DNA of 64,000 bases from Eledone cirrhosa (GCA_964016885.1 OZ024740.1:184202001-184266000); one strand, 5' to 3'; counted from the stretch's first letter, positions 26,965 through 40,265 are shown. Numbers and translations are program-made. Notes: generated by a model from the letters alone, not told the origin.

Positions 26965-29900
26965 AGACTGGTAAGTGCTCGTCTTCAGCCCTTTCAAACA
27001 CGTCCACCATACTATCTCTTTCGCCATGGCCACCACACAGATAACAATTGCCTGCTCTTCCCGGCTAAAGGAAGAGGGCGGGGCAATGCTCACGATGGAC
27101 ACAGCTGATATCCGGATCCGTCCTACACGCGACAGCAGGTGTTCGACATAAACCCACAAGTCAGCAATGCTCGGACACTGGACGAGTGCGTGCAGGATGG
27201 TTTCGTCGCCTGCGCGCATCTCGGACATGACCGGCTGACGGCACCTCCATGCCTGTAGAGTTTATACTGAACTGGCAATACTCCTCGGTAGCACTGCCAG
27301 GCCAGGGATCTCTGGAAGTTGTCTCCATAGGCCCCGGCCCGAAAGTTCTTCCCAAGAGATTGGCTAGTTGATTTTCGTCGACGCCTAGATTTTCCCCAAG
27401 TACGTCGTCGCTCTTCCTCTCCACTAATACTCTATAGAACGCCAAGGTGGAGTTTCCATCGATCACATTACCTGATTGGTCGAGGGCTGTGTGTGCCTGA
27501 AGACATTCCAGTCTCCAAGCGCTCCCTCTCGGTCTTCGCTTGACCCAGGACTGCAGCCCCGTCAAGGAGACGAGCTGGGAAAAGACACCTCTAGCAATCG
27601 GCGACCACACCTGATCACCGTCGAGCGAGGAAGAGGTGGAGATGTCGTAGCCTGTGCGCGTGCCTGCGCATCATCAGCCACGGAATGTCCAGCCCTCCAC
27701 GTAGTGGGTGTTGACAGCAAATGTGTCGCCTGACTATCGGAGTGCGTCCCTTCCAGAAAAAGGGAAAAGCAAACGGTCCAGCGCAGTCAGGAGAGGCTTA
27801 GGACAAGGCACGACAGTCAGGCGGTAGAAGCGGACGGATGCGATGTACGCGTTAGCCACCTTCGCTAGACCTTTCAGCGATAGCTTCCTCTCGGCCCGTT
27901 TCTGGGTGAGAGAAGCGACCCTGCTCGTCACCTCGTCCCAGTTTATGTCCGTCTGGAGATCCAGACAGAAATAGAACCCTAGCAATGTAATCGGTCCGTC
28001 CGACTAGCGCCCGACAGCGCTGTTGGACGGCATGGACCTCCCTCTCCAGGTGCCGAGCTGCAGGCCCACCGACATTTCCTGGTTGATCATTGCTCCTGTC
28101 ACCGCTTCGTATTATCTTAGTATAGTGCCGATCGCCTCGATGTGTTTGGCGTTCGACACTACTACGGTGACATAGTCCGCATATGCTAACACGGATTTTC
28201 CGCATCCTAGTTTGCGCGGGACCCTCCTCAACGTCTCCAGTTTGTGCAGTAATGGCTCGAATGCCAATACGTACAAGAGGGACGAGAGGGGACATCCTTG
28301 GCAGACCGAACGCATGATGCTGAACGGTTTCGAAAGGTGATGGTTCACTCTCACCACAGGGCAGATGTCGCTGTGCATGGCAGCGATCCAGCCTCTGAAG
28401 ACGGGCCCAAAGCTAGCCGCCCTCAGGACTGCCGCCAGATAACCATGGTCAACCCTATCGAAAGCTTTCGCCTGATACAAATTAATCAAGGACCCACCCG
28501 TGCAAGGTTCTCTATCTACCCTCTCTACAATGTATCGCAGGTGGAGGTTGTCGTGGATGGATCTGTCGAGAATAGTGCATGTCTGCGCCTCTCCCACCAG
28601 ACTACCAATGACAAGCGACAACCTCTTTGCTAGCACCTTGGCCAAAATCTTGAACTCTGTGTTTAGCAGAGTTATGAGCCTAAAATTATCTGTTATCCAC
28701 GTTGTTCTGATCCTTTCCAGCAGTGCCACCGCTCCTCGGCTCACAGAGCTGGAAATCTCCGGTTCTGTTGCCAGTTTCAGTAGACGTCCGCGAAGAGGCC
28801 TCCGAACAATCTGGCATTTGTACGTAAAGTTCATAGGGCAGACAAACCAAACCAGGCGATTTACCCCTTGTGCAGCCAGTCATGCCTCTCGTACTTCAGC
28901 GGCAATTATCGGCTTTTCGCAACATACCGCTTCAGTGAGTGAGAGCCGCGGCACTCCGTCGAAGTATTCACTAAAGTCGATCCCCTGATCCGGCGCACCG
29001 CTGCCCCCGAACAGCTGAGCGAAGTGTCGCTGAAAAGCTTCACACATTTTCCCGGGTAGCATGCGGATTGTGGCCTTGTTTCCACGACGCGCCTCCACCA
29101 CTCGAGGCCATTGTGTCTAAGAGCACGCACCATAGCTCTGACAACGCAACCTTCGTGCTTTGCATTGAAGAATTGGTCAATGGCCAATATCGCCGCAAGT
29201 ACGTCGGTTGCGATGACTTTGCTGAGCGCCTCGTCTAATTTTCTAACTATTTCTCCCTCTGCTCTATTCTTCTCCGTTGCTAAAGCCTTACTAAACCTAA
29301 TGGACTCTATTCTAATCGCTCTTTTCAGAGCAAACCACCACTTGTTGACGATGGCCCCCGTCAACGCCCGCTTAACTAGTTCGCTAATCCGGTCTCTGTA
29401 GGCCTTGTGCACTGCTAACGACGTGTTTAGCTTCCAGTAGTCTATGAAGCCTATCTAAATTAACCACACAGATCACGAAGTTTTGGTCCGTGTGGCTGAC
29501 TATCTTGAATTGCTTCCATGACGACCCCAGGCCACGCGTATTTATGCTGCCTATTCTGACTGAGGTCATGTTGAAAAGAGTGGAAAAATATGGGAAAGAC
29601 CACTTACCTCACTTCTCATAGTGGGGGGGGGCTGGTTTTTCCATCCTTCGCACTGCTTGTGGCCTCCTCCTGAAGGATGTACTTATAAATCCTCCTGGAG
29701 CGTGTTTGTCGGAAATCTCCAATTACCTAGGGGAATTTTTGTTTTAGTGTCGTGTACGTTTTCTGTGTGATGCGAGTGATTTGTATGTGCGGAGGTGGTG
29801 TGAAATGTTGGGGTGTTGTGTAGTATTTTTCTGTGATGCTGGTGTTGTGTTCGATGTAGTGTAATAATTGGTTGTTCAAATTTAATGCCGTGTAGTGTGT

Positions 29901-31800
29901 ATCGTTTTGATTGTTTTGTTTTGTTTGCGTTTGTTGTGGGTTTGTTTCTGTTTCGCATTTTGGTGACTTTTGTGGTGTAGGTGATGGTGGTGTTGGGGTT
30001 AATGATGGTGATGGTGTTGGTGTTTGGGTTGATGGGGTTGGTGATGCTGGTGTGGATGGTGGTATATCTGTCCTAACTTTTTTGTTTCTTAATTTATTTG
30101 TTTCCCTCTGTATTTTGTTTTTGGAGGGGGAAGGAAGAGAATTTTTTTCTTTTTTGGTTTCTTTTTTTTTCCGGATATCCTTTCCCACTCCTCGTCGTCA
30201 CAATCTGTCTCCAGTTGTGATAGGCCGGGGAGTGGAAAATCCTCCGCAGGCGTTAGTTTTGGTTGTGGCGTGGTGGATGGTGTAGGCGCTGGTGCTAGTT
30301 CTGAAGCGTTGGGTGGTGTTGGTGTTGGTTTTGCTGGTGGTGGTGGTGGTGTTGGTTTTGCTACTGTTGCTGGGGTTGTTGCTGTTATAGTTGCTTCTGT
30401 TGTTGCTGCTACAGTTGTTGCTGCCATCCCTGCTACTGGTGGTGTTGATGGTTGTGTCACTGGGGTGGGTAGGAGAGGTGGCCTCAACCTTTTAGCCTGA
30501 GGGCAGAAAGCCCTTAGGTGGGTTCCTTCACCACAAACGACACACCTAGGTCTTCTGCCCTCGACAATTACCGTGAGGTGGCTGCCGTCAGTGAGGTCTA
30601 TTACCTCTGGGATCTCCTCAATGCTTTTTTGGTCCGCTTGGATCAGGAGCTCCATCCCAGATCCGGACCAGTTCTCCTGCTTTTCTTTTGCTATTGCTAT
30701 TATTTTTGTGTTGGCTTCGATGTCGGCGAGGACGGCTGCTATTAGCCAGGGAATTTCGATGGCCGGTGGAACGTGGGTCACCCTGATCTTTACGAGTCTC
30801 TGGCCAGAATAGCTTGGGACGAGTGTGAAATCGTCACTTCTTAATGGGGCCATGGAGTGTTCTCTAGCTTCCTCTGGTGTTTCAAAGAACACGTCCACGG
30901 TTCCATACTTTTGCCCACGTCTGATGTGGGTTTTTCTTGCCCACACATGTCCCAAAGCTTTTTGGATTTGGGATCCGGATGCCCGTTCCACTCGGCGCGA
31001 TTTTACATTTATTGTTCTATACGACACGGTGCATAGGCGCCGATGCTCCATTTTATTAGGTGGGGGGGGGCTGACCCTGTAGCCATCTTTCTTTACCATT
31101 TGTTTGGCATTTTCTAAATCCTCCTTAGTTACCGTAAATGCTTCGAACTGTTTTGCTACTCTGGCGAAACTGAGGGTCGGTTTTATAATGTCATTGTTGT
31201 TGTTGTTGCTATCGTTATTTGTGTTAATATTAATTTTAGTTTCAGTTGTGGTGGTGGTGACGTCAGTCGTCTTTGGTGGGGAAGAGTCCATTTTGCTTGA
31301 TTTCATTTCGACATAACGAGTTAATTTATTTTTTTCTTCTTTTGTTTCTGTTGTCGCGGTGGTGGTGGGGATGGTGGTTGTCGCGGTGGTGGTGGTGGTG
31401 GAGGCTTTAACTCCTGCAGTCATTGGTAATGGCGGGAAATGAATGTCTGCCTGAGACAAATTTAAAATATTGCTACTGCTTATATTTTTTTTGTGTTGGC
31501 AAACGTAGTAACATTTACAATGGTGGTGTCGGTGTGAGGTGTTAATTTGTGAGGAAGGCGTTCAGCTACTTGGTGCAGAGTTGAATTAGCCATTTTTTTC
31601 AAAGAAATTTTTTGATAATAATAAAAGTTTAAATTTTGGGCACAAGGCCCCAATCTTTTTGGGTGTCCGTTTCGGAAAACAATGTATGTGCGCTTATAAA
31701 CAGTTAACAATAAAATTTTCCATAAATGACAATTTTTAACAAACGGAAATAACAAACATTTGCGGAGCTCACGATGATACGATTTACTACGTAGGTCGCC
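26965..31800 (-). mobile_element. L1/Tx1-clade LINE, 5'-complete, ORF2 decayed
   Basis: ORF1 carries a CX2CX4HX4C knuckle. ORF2 starts MTSVRIGSINTRGL, then most of the APE is deleted, followed by NFRLITLLNTEFKILAKVLA, KAFDRVDH, QGCPLS, AYADYV and ETILHALVQC. The 5' end abuts (AAT)n at 31801. Confidence 0.9.
30089..31459 (-). CDS. Tx1-type LINE ORF1 (gag-like, zinc knuckle), C-terminus frameshifted at an A-run; true stop probably near 29609
   Basis: 456-aa ORF with SFARV, an RRM-like region and VIVEGRRPRCVVCGEGTHLRAFCP. It is homologous to 35197-36120. Confidence 0.75.
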   Translation of the reverse strand: MSQADIHFPPLPMTAGVKASTTTTTATTTIPTTTATTETKEEKNKLTRYVEMKSSKMDSSPPKTTDVTTTTTETKININTNNDSNNNNNDIIKPTLSFARVAKQFEAFTVTKEDLENAKQMVKKDGYRVSPPPPNKMEHRRLCTVSYRTINVKSRRVERASGSQIQKALGHVWARKTHIRRGQKYGTVDVFFETPEEAREHSMAPLRSDDFTLVPSYSGQRLVKIRVTHVPPAIEIPWLIAAVLADIEANTKIIAIAKEKQENWSGSGMELLIQADQKSIEEIPEVIDLTDGSHLTVIVEGRRPRCVVCGEGTHLRAFCPQAKRLRPPLLPTPVTQPSTPPVAGMAATTVAATTEATITATTPATVAKPTPPPPPAKPTPTPPNASELAPAPTPSTTPQPKLTPAEDFPLPGLSQLETDCDDEEWERISGKKKKPKKKKILFLPPPKTKYRGKQIN

Positions 31801-31831
<31 letters not shown>

Positions 31832-31833
<2 letters not shown>

Positions 31834-33332
31834 GGAAGAAGAAAAAACTTACAAATAGCTAGGTGTTTGTGAAGGAGACGGAATCAAGCACTCGACAATG
31901 AGGGAAAGGATAAGGAAGGAATGTTACCGCAGAGTAAGAGCAATCTTAAGAACGGAATTGAATGCAAGGAATAGGATCGATGCCATAAACACGCTGCCAT
32001 ACCAGTAGTAACCTACAGTTACAATGTCATCAACTGGTCAAGCACAGAGATCCGTAGGCTCGATACAAAAATTCGAAAATTCTTAACCATGCACAGAATG
32101 CATCACCCTAAGGCAGATATAGATAGAATATATCTCCCTAGGAAAGAAGGAGGACGTGGGTTAATCCAGTTAGACATTGTGTTGAAAACTGCAACAATTG
32201 GATTATCTACATATCTAAGGGAATCACATGATTGGATGATCAAACTCGTTTTGAAACACGAACGCATCAAAAGATCATATTCCATTACAAAAGATGCACA
32301 AAGATACAGTAACGGACTACAAATTTCAGAAGTCCCATTTACTGCTGAAATGGAAAACACAGAAAAAGCAAAGCAGGTAAAAGTAACTGCAAAGAAAGAA
32401 CTGCTACAGAAACTGGCTAAGAAATGGCAAGAAAAGCCTCTGTATGGAAAATACCCAGAGCGAGCTAACAATCCTGATGTTGACAAAACTTTAACCCATC
32501 AGTGGTTGGCATCCTCTGGACTGAAATCGGAGACTGAAGGACTGATTATATCAGCACAAGATCAGTGTCTGCCAACAAAAAATTACCAAGCCAACATAAT
32601 AAAAAATGAATGCAGCCCTTTATACCGTGTATGCAAAAAACAAATAGAGACCATTGACCATATAATTTCAATGTGCAGTCCTATAGCTCCAACCGAATAC
32701 CTAAACAGGCACGACAGAGCTGCACAATACATACATTGGATAATGTGTAAGCATTTTGACCTGCCCCATCAAAAGAATTGGTGGGAGCATCAACCTCCTC
32801 CCATACTTGAAAAAGATCACATCTCAATCTTGTGGAACTTTAGCATCCAAACAGACCGAAAAATAGATGCAAATAGACCTGATATAATATTGAAGGACTT
32901 TAAAAAGAGGGTATGCCTGCTAATTGATATGTCTGTTCCAATAGACAAGAATGTATCTATAAAAATATTTAAAAAATTGAGCAAGTATAAGGACCTGGAG
33001 ATAGAAATTGGAAAAATGTGGAAATTGAGAACTAAAACAATACCAGTGGTTGTAGGCGCTCTGGGAATGATACCTAAGGGGTCTAATGATTACTTATCGC
33101 AAATCCCAGGAAACCCGCGTATAGGAGAAATACAAAAGATAGTACTAATGGGAACTGCCCATATACTAAGGAAGATTCTGTCAATATAAGTACATCACAA
33201 GTCTAAACACTAAAGTTGCATGTGTGAGTATGTATGTTCTTTCTGGAACATGGCGGACCTTGTTGTCTCTTGAGGTCACTGGTTGTGACTTGGTGATAAC
33301 TCGTATGAACATAAAGCAAGATAAATGCAACT

Positions 33333-33333
<1 letters not shown>
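31832..33333 (+). mobile_element. 5'-truncated R4/Dong LINE of a second family (RT end, knuckle, RLE; ORF 32089-33189)
   Basis: HPKADIDRIYLPRKEGGRGL, LKSETEGLIISAQDQ, RHD, NRPDIIL..D..K..KY, IPVVVGALG. (AAT)n lies on both sides. Confidence 0.93.
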
Positions 33334-33395
<62 letters not shown>

Positions 33396-33616
33396 GTACT
33401 AATGGGAACTGCCCATATACTATAGTACTAATGGGAACTGCCCATATACTAAGGAAGATTCTGTCAATATAAGTACATCACAAGTCTAAACACTAAAGAT
33501 GCATGTGTGAGTATGTATGTTCTTTCTTGAACATGGCGGACTTTGTTGTCTCTTGAGGTCACTGGTTGTGACTTGGTGATAACTCGTATGAACAAAAAGC
33601 AAGATAAATGCAACTG
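33396..33616 (+). mobile_element. Short tandem re-insertions or duplications of the R4/Dong 3' end
   Basis: 33421-33616 repeats 33140-33333, preceded by a 25-bp partial copy and followed by (AAT)n. Confidence 0.85.
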
Positions 33617-33637
33617 TAATAATAATAATAATAATAA

Positions 33638-34740
33638 CCTTCCCTTGACCATCTTTCTCTCTTTTTCTTTGGATTTCTTGGTGGTGAGCATGGAGGGCCA
33701 ACAGTAGGATTATTCCGGTTATGGGAGGTCTCCAGCTCCGAAGTTATGGGAAAGTCAAGCTATTAGCACAAAGTCAGCGAAGGGAAAATGAAACATGTGT
33801 CAGTGAAAACAAGGTAAATTGTAACACTTCGAATCCCAGGATTGTGGCGAAATCACTGACAACAGAACAAATTAAAGAAAGGATCGAACAAGTGGAGGGA
33901 GTGCATGCTCAAGATGAAACTCAAAAGGAAAACAATGAGATGGTAAATGATAAAGAAATGAATGAGAATGAACTTCCCAACTTGAAGGATGAAATTATGA
34001 TCGAATGGATGAAAATGAAAGAATCTGACATGGGAGAACGAGACACCCTCCCTAAGATCCAGAACCCCAAACAGAACCAAAAGATAATACACAAGACTAA
34101 CATAATTCTCAAAAACATTATCATCACAAACAAACTAAACACTACTGGAGTGAAAATGAAAAATCAAAGGAATTCCCACAAGAAATCTACTTGGCAAGAG
34201 AACATCAATTGCCAAATAAACCTTCTCCGATCTGACATAGAAATGTTAACAAACTATAAAGTAGGTGAACATGTTAAACAAACTAAACTAGGAAAATTGA
34301 AAAGAAAATACAGTATAAAATCGACAAGTGACATAGATATGCTGATAGAAATAATCAAGCAAAAATTGTCGGCCAAAGCTGCTCACATAAGGCGCTTTGA
34401 AAAATGATCAATATTCTATAAGGTCAATAATATGTTCAAAAACAACCAAAGAAAATTCTACACAAAAATTGATAAGTCAACAATAACTGCTAAATCAATA
34501 CCACCCAAGGAGGAAGAGCAAGAATTCTGGGAAAAGATCTGGGCCGAAGAAAAAGTTCATAATATACATGCCACATGGATAGACAGACAAATGAAAGATA
34601 CAGCTCACCTTGACGAACAAATATGGGAAAATATAACAGTTGAACAGTTGCATTTGGCTCTTAGAAAAACCAGCAAATTGTTGGATAAAAGCCTCCACAG
34701 AGTCGTATGAGCTGTTAGCCCAGCTTTACAATGAAATAGT
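33638..34740 (+). mobile_element. 5' fragment of an R4/Dong LINE
   Basis: KQKLSAKAAHIRRFEK and NMFKNNQRKFY...EFWEKIW are homologous to KQRIVAKSAKIRRYE...MFDNNQK...FWRGIW in the intact ORF. The fragment starts right after (AAT)n. Confidence 0.8.
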
Positions 34741-34742
34741 TA

Positions 34743-36951
34743 AGCTGCCTATTCTGAGTGAGGTCATGTTGAAAAGGAGTGGAAAAGATGGGAAAGACCA
34801 CTTACCTTACTTCTCGTAGAGGAAGGATGGTTTGTCCATCCTTTTCACATCTTGTGGCCTCCTCCGGAAGGATGTCCTTATAAATCCTCCTGGAGAGTGC
34901 TTGTCCGAAGTCTCCGATGTCTTTGGGGAATTTTTGTTTTAGCGTCGTCTACGTTTTCTGTGTGATGCGAGTGATTTGTATGTGTGGAGGTGGTGTGAAC
35001 TTTTGGGTTGTTGTGTAGTCTTTTTCTGTGATGCTGGTGTTGTGTTGCATGTAGTGTAATAATTGGTTGTTGTTCAAATTTAATGCTGTCTAGTGTGTAT
35101 CGTTTTGGTTGTTTTGTTTTGTTTGCGTTTGTTGTGGGTTTGTTTCTGTTAAGCTTTTTGGTGACTTTTGTGGTGTTGGTGCTGGTTGTGTTGGGGTTAA
35201 TGATGGTGATGGTGTTGGTGTTTGTGGTGATGGGTTGGTGATGCTGTTGTGGATGGTGGCATATCTGTCCTAACTTTTTTTGTTTGATAATTTATTTGTT
35301 TTCCTCTGTATTTTGTTTTTGGAGAGGGAAGAAAGATAATTTTTTTTCTTTTTTGGTTTCTTTTTTTCTTTTTTCCTGATACCGTTTCCCACTCCTCGTC
35401 GTCACAATCTGTCTCCAGTTGCGATAAGCCGGGGAGTGGAAAATCCTCCACAGGCGTTGGTTTTGGTTGTGGCGTGGTGGATGTTGGAGGCCCTGGTGCC
35501 AGTTCTGGCGCATTAGGTGGTGGTGGTGTTGGTTTTGCTACTGTTGCTGGGGTTGTTGCTGTTACATTTGCTTCTGTTGTTGCTGCTACAGTTGTTGCTG
35601 CCATTTCTGCTGCTGGTGGTGTTGATGGTTGAGTCACTGGGGTGGGTAAGAGAGGTAGCCTCAACCTTTTAGCCTGAGAGCAGAAAACCCTCAGGTTGGT
35701 TTCTTCACCACAAACGACACACCTAGGCCTTCTACCCTCGACGATTACGGTGAGGTGGCTGTCATCAGTGAGGTCTATTACCTCTGGGATCTTCTCAATG
35801 CTTTTATGGTCCGCTTGGATCAGGAGCTCCATCCCAGATCCGGACCAATTCTCCTGCTTTTCTTTCGCTATTTCGATTATCTTGGTGTTGGCGTCGATGC
35901 CGGCGAGGACGGCAGCCATTAGCCAGGGAATTTCGATGGCAGGTGGAACGTGGGTCACCCTGGTCTTCACAAGTCTTTGGCCACAATAGCTTGGGACGAG
36001 TGTGAAGTCGTTACTTCTTAATGGGACCATGGAGTGGTCTCTGGCCTCCTGTGGTGTTTCGAAGAACACGTCCACGGTTCCATATTTCTGCACACGTCTG
36101 ATGTGTTTTTTTTTGCTCACACATGTCCCGAAGCTTTTTGGATTTGAGACTCGGATGCCCGTTCCACACGGCGCGAATTTATGTTAATTGTCCGATAAGA
36201 CACGGTGCATAGACGACGATGCTCCATTTGATTAGGTGTGTGTGTATGGGGGGGAGGCTGACTCTGTACCTATCTTTCTTTACCATTCTTTTTGCTTCTT
36301 CTAATTCCTCCTGAGTTACCTGGATCGCTTCGCACGTTTTTGTTACTCTGGCAAAACTCAGGGTAGTTTTCTTAATTTCATTGTTGCTGTTGTTGTTATC
36401 GTTATTTTTGTTATTGTTAATTTTAGTTTCAGTTGTGGTAGTGGTGGCGTCAGTGGTGTTCGGTGTGGAAGAGTTCATTTTGGTTGAATTCATTTCAATA
36501 TCACGAGTTAATTTATTTTTTCTGTTGTTTCTGTTGTCGCTGTGGTGCTGGTGGTGGGGGCGGCTTTAACACCTGCAGTCATTGGTAATGGCGGGAAATG
36601 AATGTCTGGCTGAGACATATTTAAAATATTGCTACTGTTTATATTTTTAGTATTGGCAAACGTAGTAATATTTACAATGGTGGTGTCGGTGTGAGGTGTT
36701 AGTTTGTGGGGAAGGAGTGACTCTGAGTATTCCATGATTTTTCAAAGAAATTTGTTTTGTTTGATAATTATAAAAAGTTTCAATTTTGGGCTGAAGACCC
36801 CAATATTTTTTAGTGTCCTTTTCAGAAATCAATGTATGTGCACGTATATACATTTAACAATAAAAATTGTCCATAAATAGCAATTTTAAATAACTGAAAA
36901 TAACAAACCTTTGCGGAGCTCACGACGATACGATAAACTACGTAGGTCGCC
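34743..36951 (-). mobile_element. Second Tx1-type copy (5' UTR + decayed ORF1, truncated at the ORF2 start)
   Basis: Collinear with 29545-31800, with the same 5' terminus GGCGACCTACGTAG next to (AAT)n. Confidence 0.9.
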
Positions 36952-37043
<92 letters not shown>

Positions 37044-37045
37044 GG

Positions 37046-37375
37046 AAATTATTGTGTACAGTGCTCAGGTGTATTACAACTCATCAAAGGTGCATGTATA
37101 GTACATAGAATGATGTTCAAATGTCAGGAAAATTAACAGTGTATGAATCATGAAATACATGTGTGCGTGTGTATGGAGGAAGGACATCAGATGCAGTGTT
37201 GGCGAATCTCTTGAAGCATGGAGGTTTTAAAGGATGCAGTGTCTCAACAGCTGACAACTGATGCAGGTAGTTTGTTCCATGCTTCAGCGTTTCTAGGCAT
37301 CAAAAATTGCTTCCGAAAGTGTTGGGAACTGCGCTGTTTTCTGACTTTGTAGGCATGCGCACGTTTGTTATATCG
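37046..37375 (-). mobile_element. CR1-type LINE 3' end with (ATT)n tail
   Basis: Minus translation RAHAYKVRKQRSSQHFRKQF...EAWNKLPASVV...ASFK, then a short UTR and the 36952-37043 trinucleotide tract. Confidence 0.75.
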
Positions 37376-38061
37376 ATGCTATCTCTCTAGATCCGACCTG
37401 TTCAGCTAAAATATCCCATGATAGCCGTATCAAATGCTCCTCGAGTAGGATGTGACTTTTCCCCACGTAGGTTGGTCTTCCAGTTAGTCGTGATTTAATT
37501 TTGAATCTAGAATGATTGAAATCCAAACATTCTTTGGATTTGGCAATTTTCTTTATGAAATAATGTCTGAAAAGTTACTAAAATTTTCTTAAAAAGTATA
37601 TTTATTTGACATATTGAACCGTGGAATGGGCATACTCACCAGATAAAACGTATTATTCACTTTCAATGTATTAATTTGTTGCATTGTCAAAAGATTATAT
37701 CTTTGTAGGCAATGTGTATCCGGCAATCCCAGCAAGTATTCATCCTCCCCAGGGAGATTAAATTCAAAGTCAGCTTTAGTGAGATTTAAAATTAGAATAT
37801 TGAATACTCAATTTTGTGATTGAACTGCCCTGTTTGAGTTGAAAGTGTCTTCCACACCTACAGACGTATCAGGCTTCAGATTTGTTTGATGGTAAACATC
37901 TGAGAGTACAGCCTGTCAAAACTAATCGGCAGCTTCTGCTTCTATTAATTTTTATTTTTGCTCAAGGCCACAACATACCATCCGGTCCAGAAAGTGAATC
38001 GATGATTTTATAATTTTGCGACTAACACACTAACCACTATGCCGTGTGGTATTTTAGTATT

Positions 38062-38260
38062 AGCCAACACTTTTAGAGAGGGAAAATCGACTAAATCACC
38101 CCTAGTGCGTTACTGGTACTTTGTTTTATCGAAACGGCCCAATAAGGATGAAAGGCACAGCTAACGTCGGTAGTATTTGAACTCAGAAATCATAATGGGC
38201 GTACATACCACAAAGCATGTTATCCGATGCTCTACCGACACTGCTATTCTAGTGCCCTAT
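38062..38260 (-). mobile_element. tRNA-derived SINE, diverged
   Basis: Family core TTACTGGTACTT...AAGGATGAAAGGCA...ATTTGAACTCAGAA. Confidence 0.7.
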
Positions 38261-39211
38261 AGTACTACTAAATATGAATATCATTCATTGTTCCGTTGCG
38301 ATTTTGGTTGTCACTGATATTCCATGAAATGTATTGGCAGAAACAGAAAGGAAATCTAAATAATTGTCAGTGTTTGACTTTTTCCAATCTGTGTATGTAG
38401 AAATAATATCAAGAATCTCTATACTTCCATTAAGATCAATAACCTACCTTCATTTTAAAACATGATTGCAAATTTAAAACTTTGACCAAGCAGATACAAG
38501 AGAGGAATTTACTTTATGAAATTATTTCAATTTTTTTTTATCTTTGTTATATCCTTTCAACTAAATAAACTAAATAAATAACTCTTGAAGTCTGAATAAT
38601 CTATATGGAAAATTCTAAATTCGAATTGCATATATCTCCGGCTTTCGTTTTCTGATGCAATCATGGATATTTTCAGTAAGAAATTAACACATTTTCATAT
38701 AAGTTTAGGAGTGGCATTACTCAGGTTAAAAGATAACATCATCAATGTCTAGCATACTTTTACTGCAAAGGTAGCCATAAAATTAGGACGATATAATGCA
38801 GTAGTGTAATTTCAGCTGAACACGTTTAATCTTTTTTTATCAATATTGTTCGGGCAACATCAATTTAATGCTGGTAATTAAATACAGCTCTCTAAAATTT
38901 AGCAGAATTTCTCTTTTTGTTTTCTTTTAACGAAACCAATGACATCCTGCTTTTACTCTATCCATTACGAAAAAACATAAAAATTGCTTTTGCTCTGCCA
39001 TTATCCATTAGAAAAACATTTTTATGTGAACTTTAAATTATAACCTCAAGTTTCATAGATGGCTGAATAAATAGAATATCAGTCTGCTGACTAAAGGGTT
39101 GAAAGTGCTGTGTGATATCTCAGACACTGCATAATGCCATTGGTAAATATACTTAAATCGCGTATACTACAATTCAGCAAGCTTTCAATATGTTGTCCCG
39201 ATCTCAATCAT

Positions 39212-39360
39212 AATTGTTTCTACTATTGGCACAAGGCCAGCAATTACCCAGCACATTACTGGTACTTTATTTTATCGACCCCGTAAGGATGAAAGGCTAA
39301 GTTAACCTTGGCGGGATTTGAAATCAGAATGGCAAGGGCCGTAACTCTATGCATCAAAAC
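39212..39360 (-). mobile_element. tRNA-derived SINE, 5'-truncated
   Basis: Closely matches 18687-18830. Confidence 0.8.
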
Positions 39361-40134
39361 TCAATCATAATACGCTTGAATAATAGCTATAATCATGAGT
39401 ATTCTAACTATAACCATCACTTCTTTTTTATCAAAAATGATGTACCTAAATCTATATTGTCCAATATAGTGATAGATGATTTTTTTTTTTTAGTTTAAAT
39501 TAATGGAAATATGATTGCTAATACGAGCGGCTGGTTAGAGCGTCAAATAAGTACTATGTATACGTAAAGCATTCCAGCGTAACCAAAAATAGACTAGTGC
39601 ATAATAGATGAGCGTTTTATCAGTTTGTTGTGATATGCTCAAATTTTATCAGGTGGTAAAGACATTAATCCCAGACACATAGAGGGTAAATTTTTCATCA
39701 ATATAAAACAAAATAAGATAAAATATAAAATCCAAACAGAGAAGTCAATGGGGGAGGGGGTGCAAAATAAGCATAAAAAAAGAGAAAGAAAACAGGTGAA
39801 GCAAGGGAAGCTGTAAAGCTGCCTAGATGTTTTGTTGTTGCATCTGTTCATAGCCTCCGTGTAGTCAAAGATTCTGTTTATACTGTAGTTGGTAGATCTT
39901 TTACAACATATTCCCGTCACACTTATAATTGTTAGGTCTATTGAAGATATACATACTGATTATATACAAACCCATTTTGAGGAACCGTTTAACCATTATT
40001 TAAGGACGGAGCGAAAACTGTGCCTGTGTTCATTACGTGTTATATAAAAATCCTTCATAGTAAAGCTTCTCCTGCTATCTGCTATATTAATAGTATGATT
40101 ATTTCATTGCTGTAGTATTAGTTGTATTATATGT

Positions 40135-40265
40135 TGAAGGATTGGCAATATCAGTAGAGCGACAGACAACATGCTTTGCGGTATAGAGTTACGGCTCTTT
40201 AAGTTCTGGGTTCAAATCCCACCGAGGTTAGCTTTCTCTTTCATCCTTAAAGGGTCGATAAGATA
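40135..40265 (+). mobile_element. tRNA-derived SINE 5' half
   Basis: GGATTGGCAATATCAGTAGAGCG...GGTTCAAATCCCACCGAGGTTAGCTTT..TTTCATCC. Confidence 0.7.

Noticed and set aside
37400-40130. Repeat-poor AT-rich stretch that might hide host exons
   Set aside because: I could not support any convincing ORF, splice-bounded coding segment or recognisable domain.
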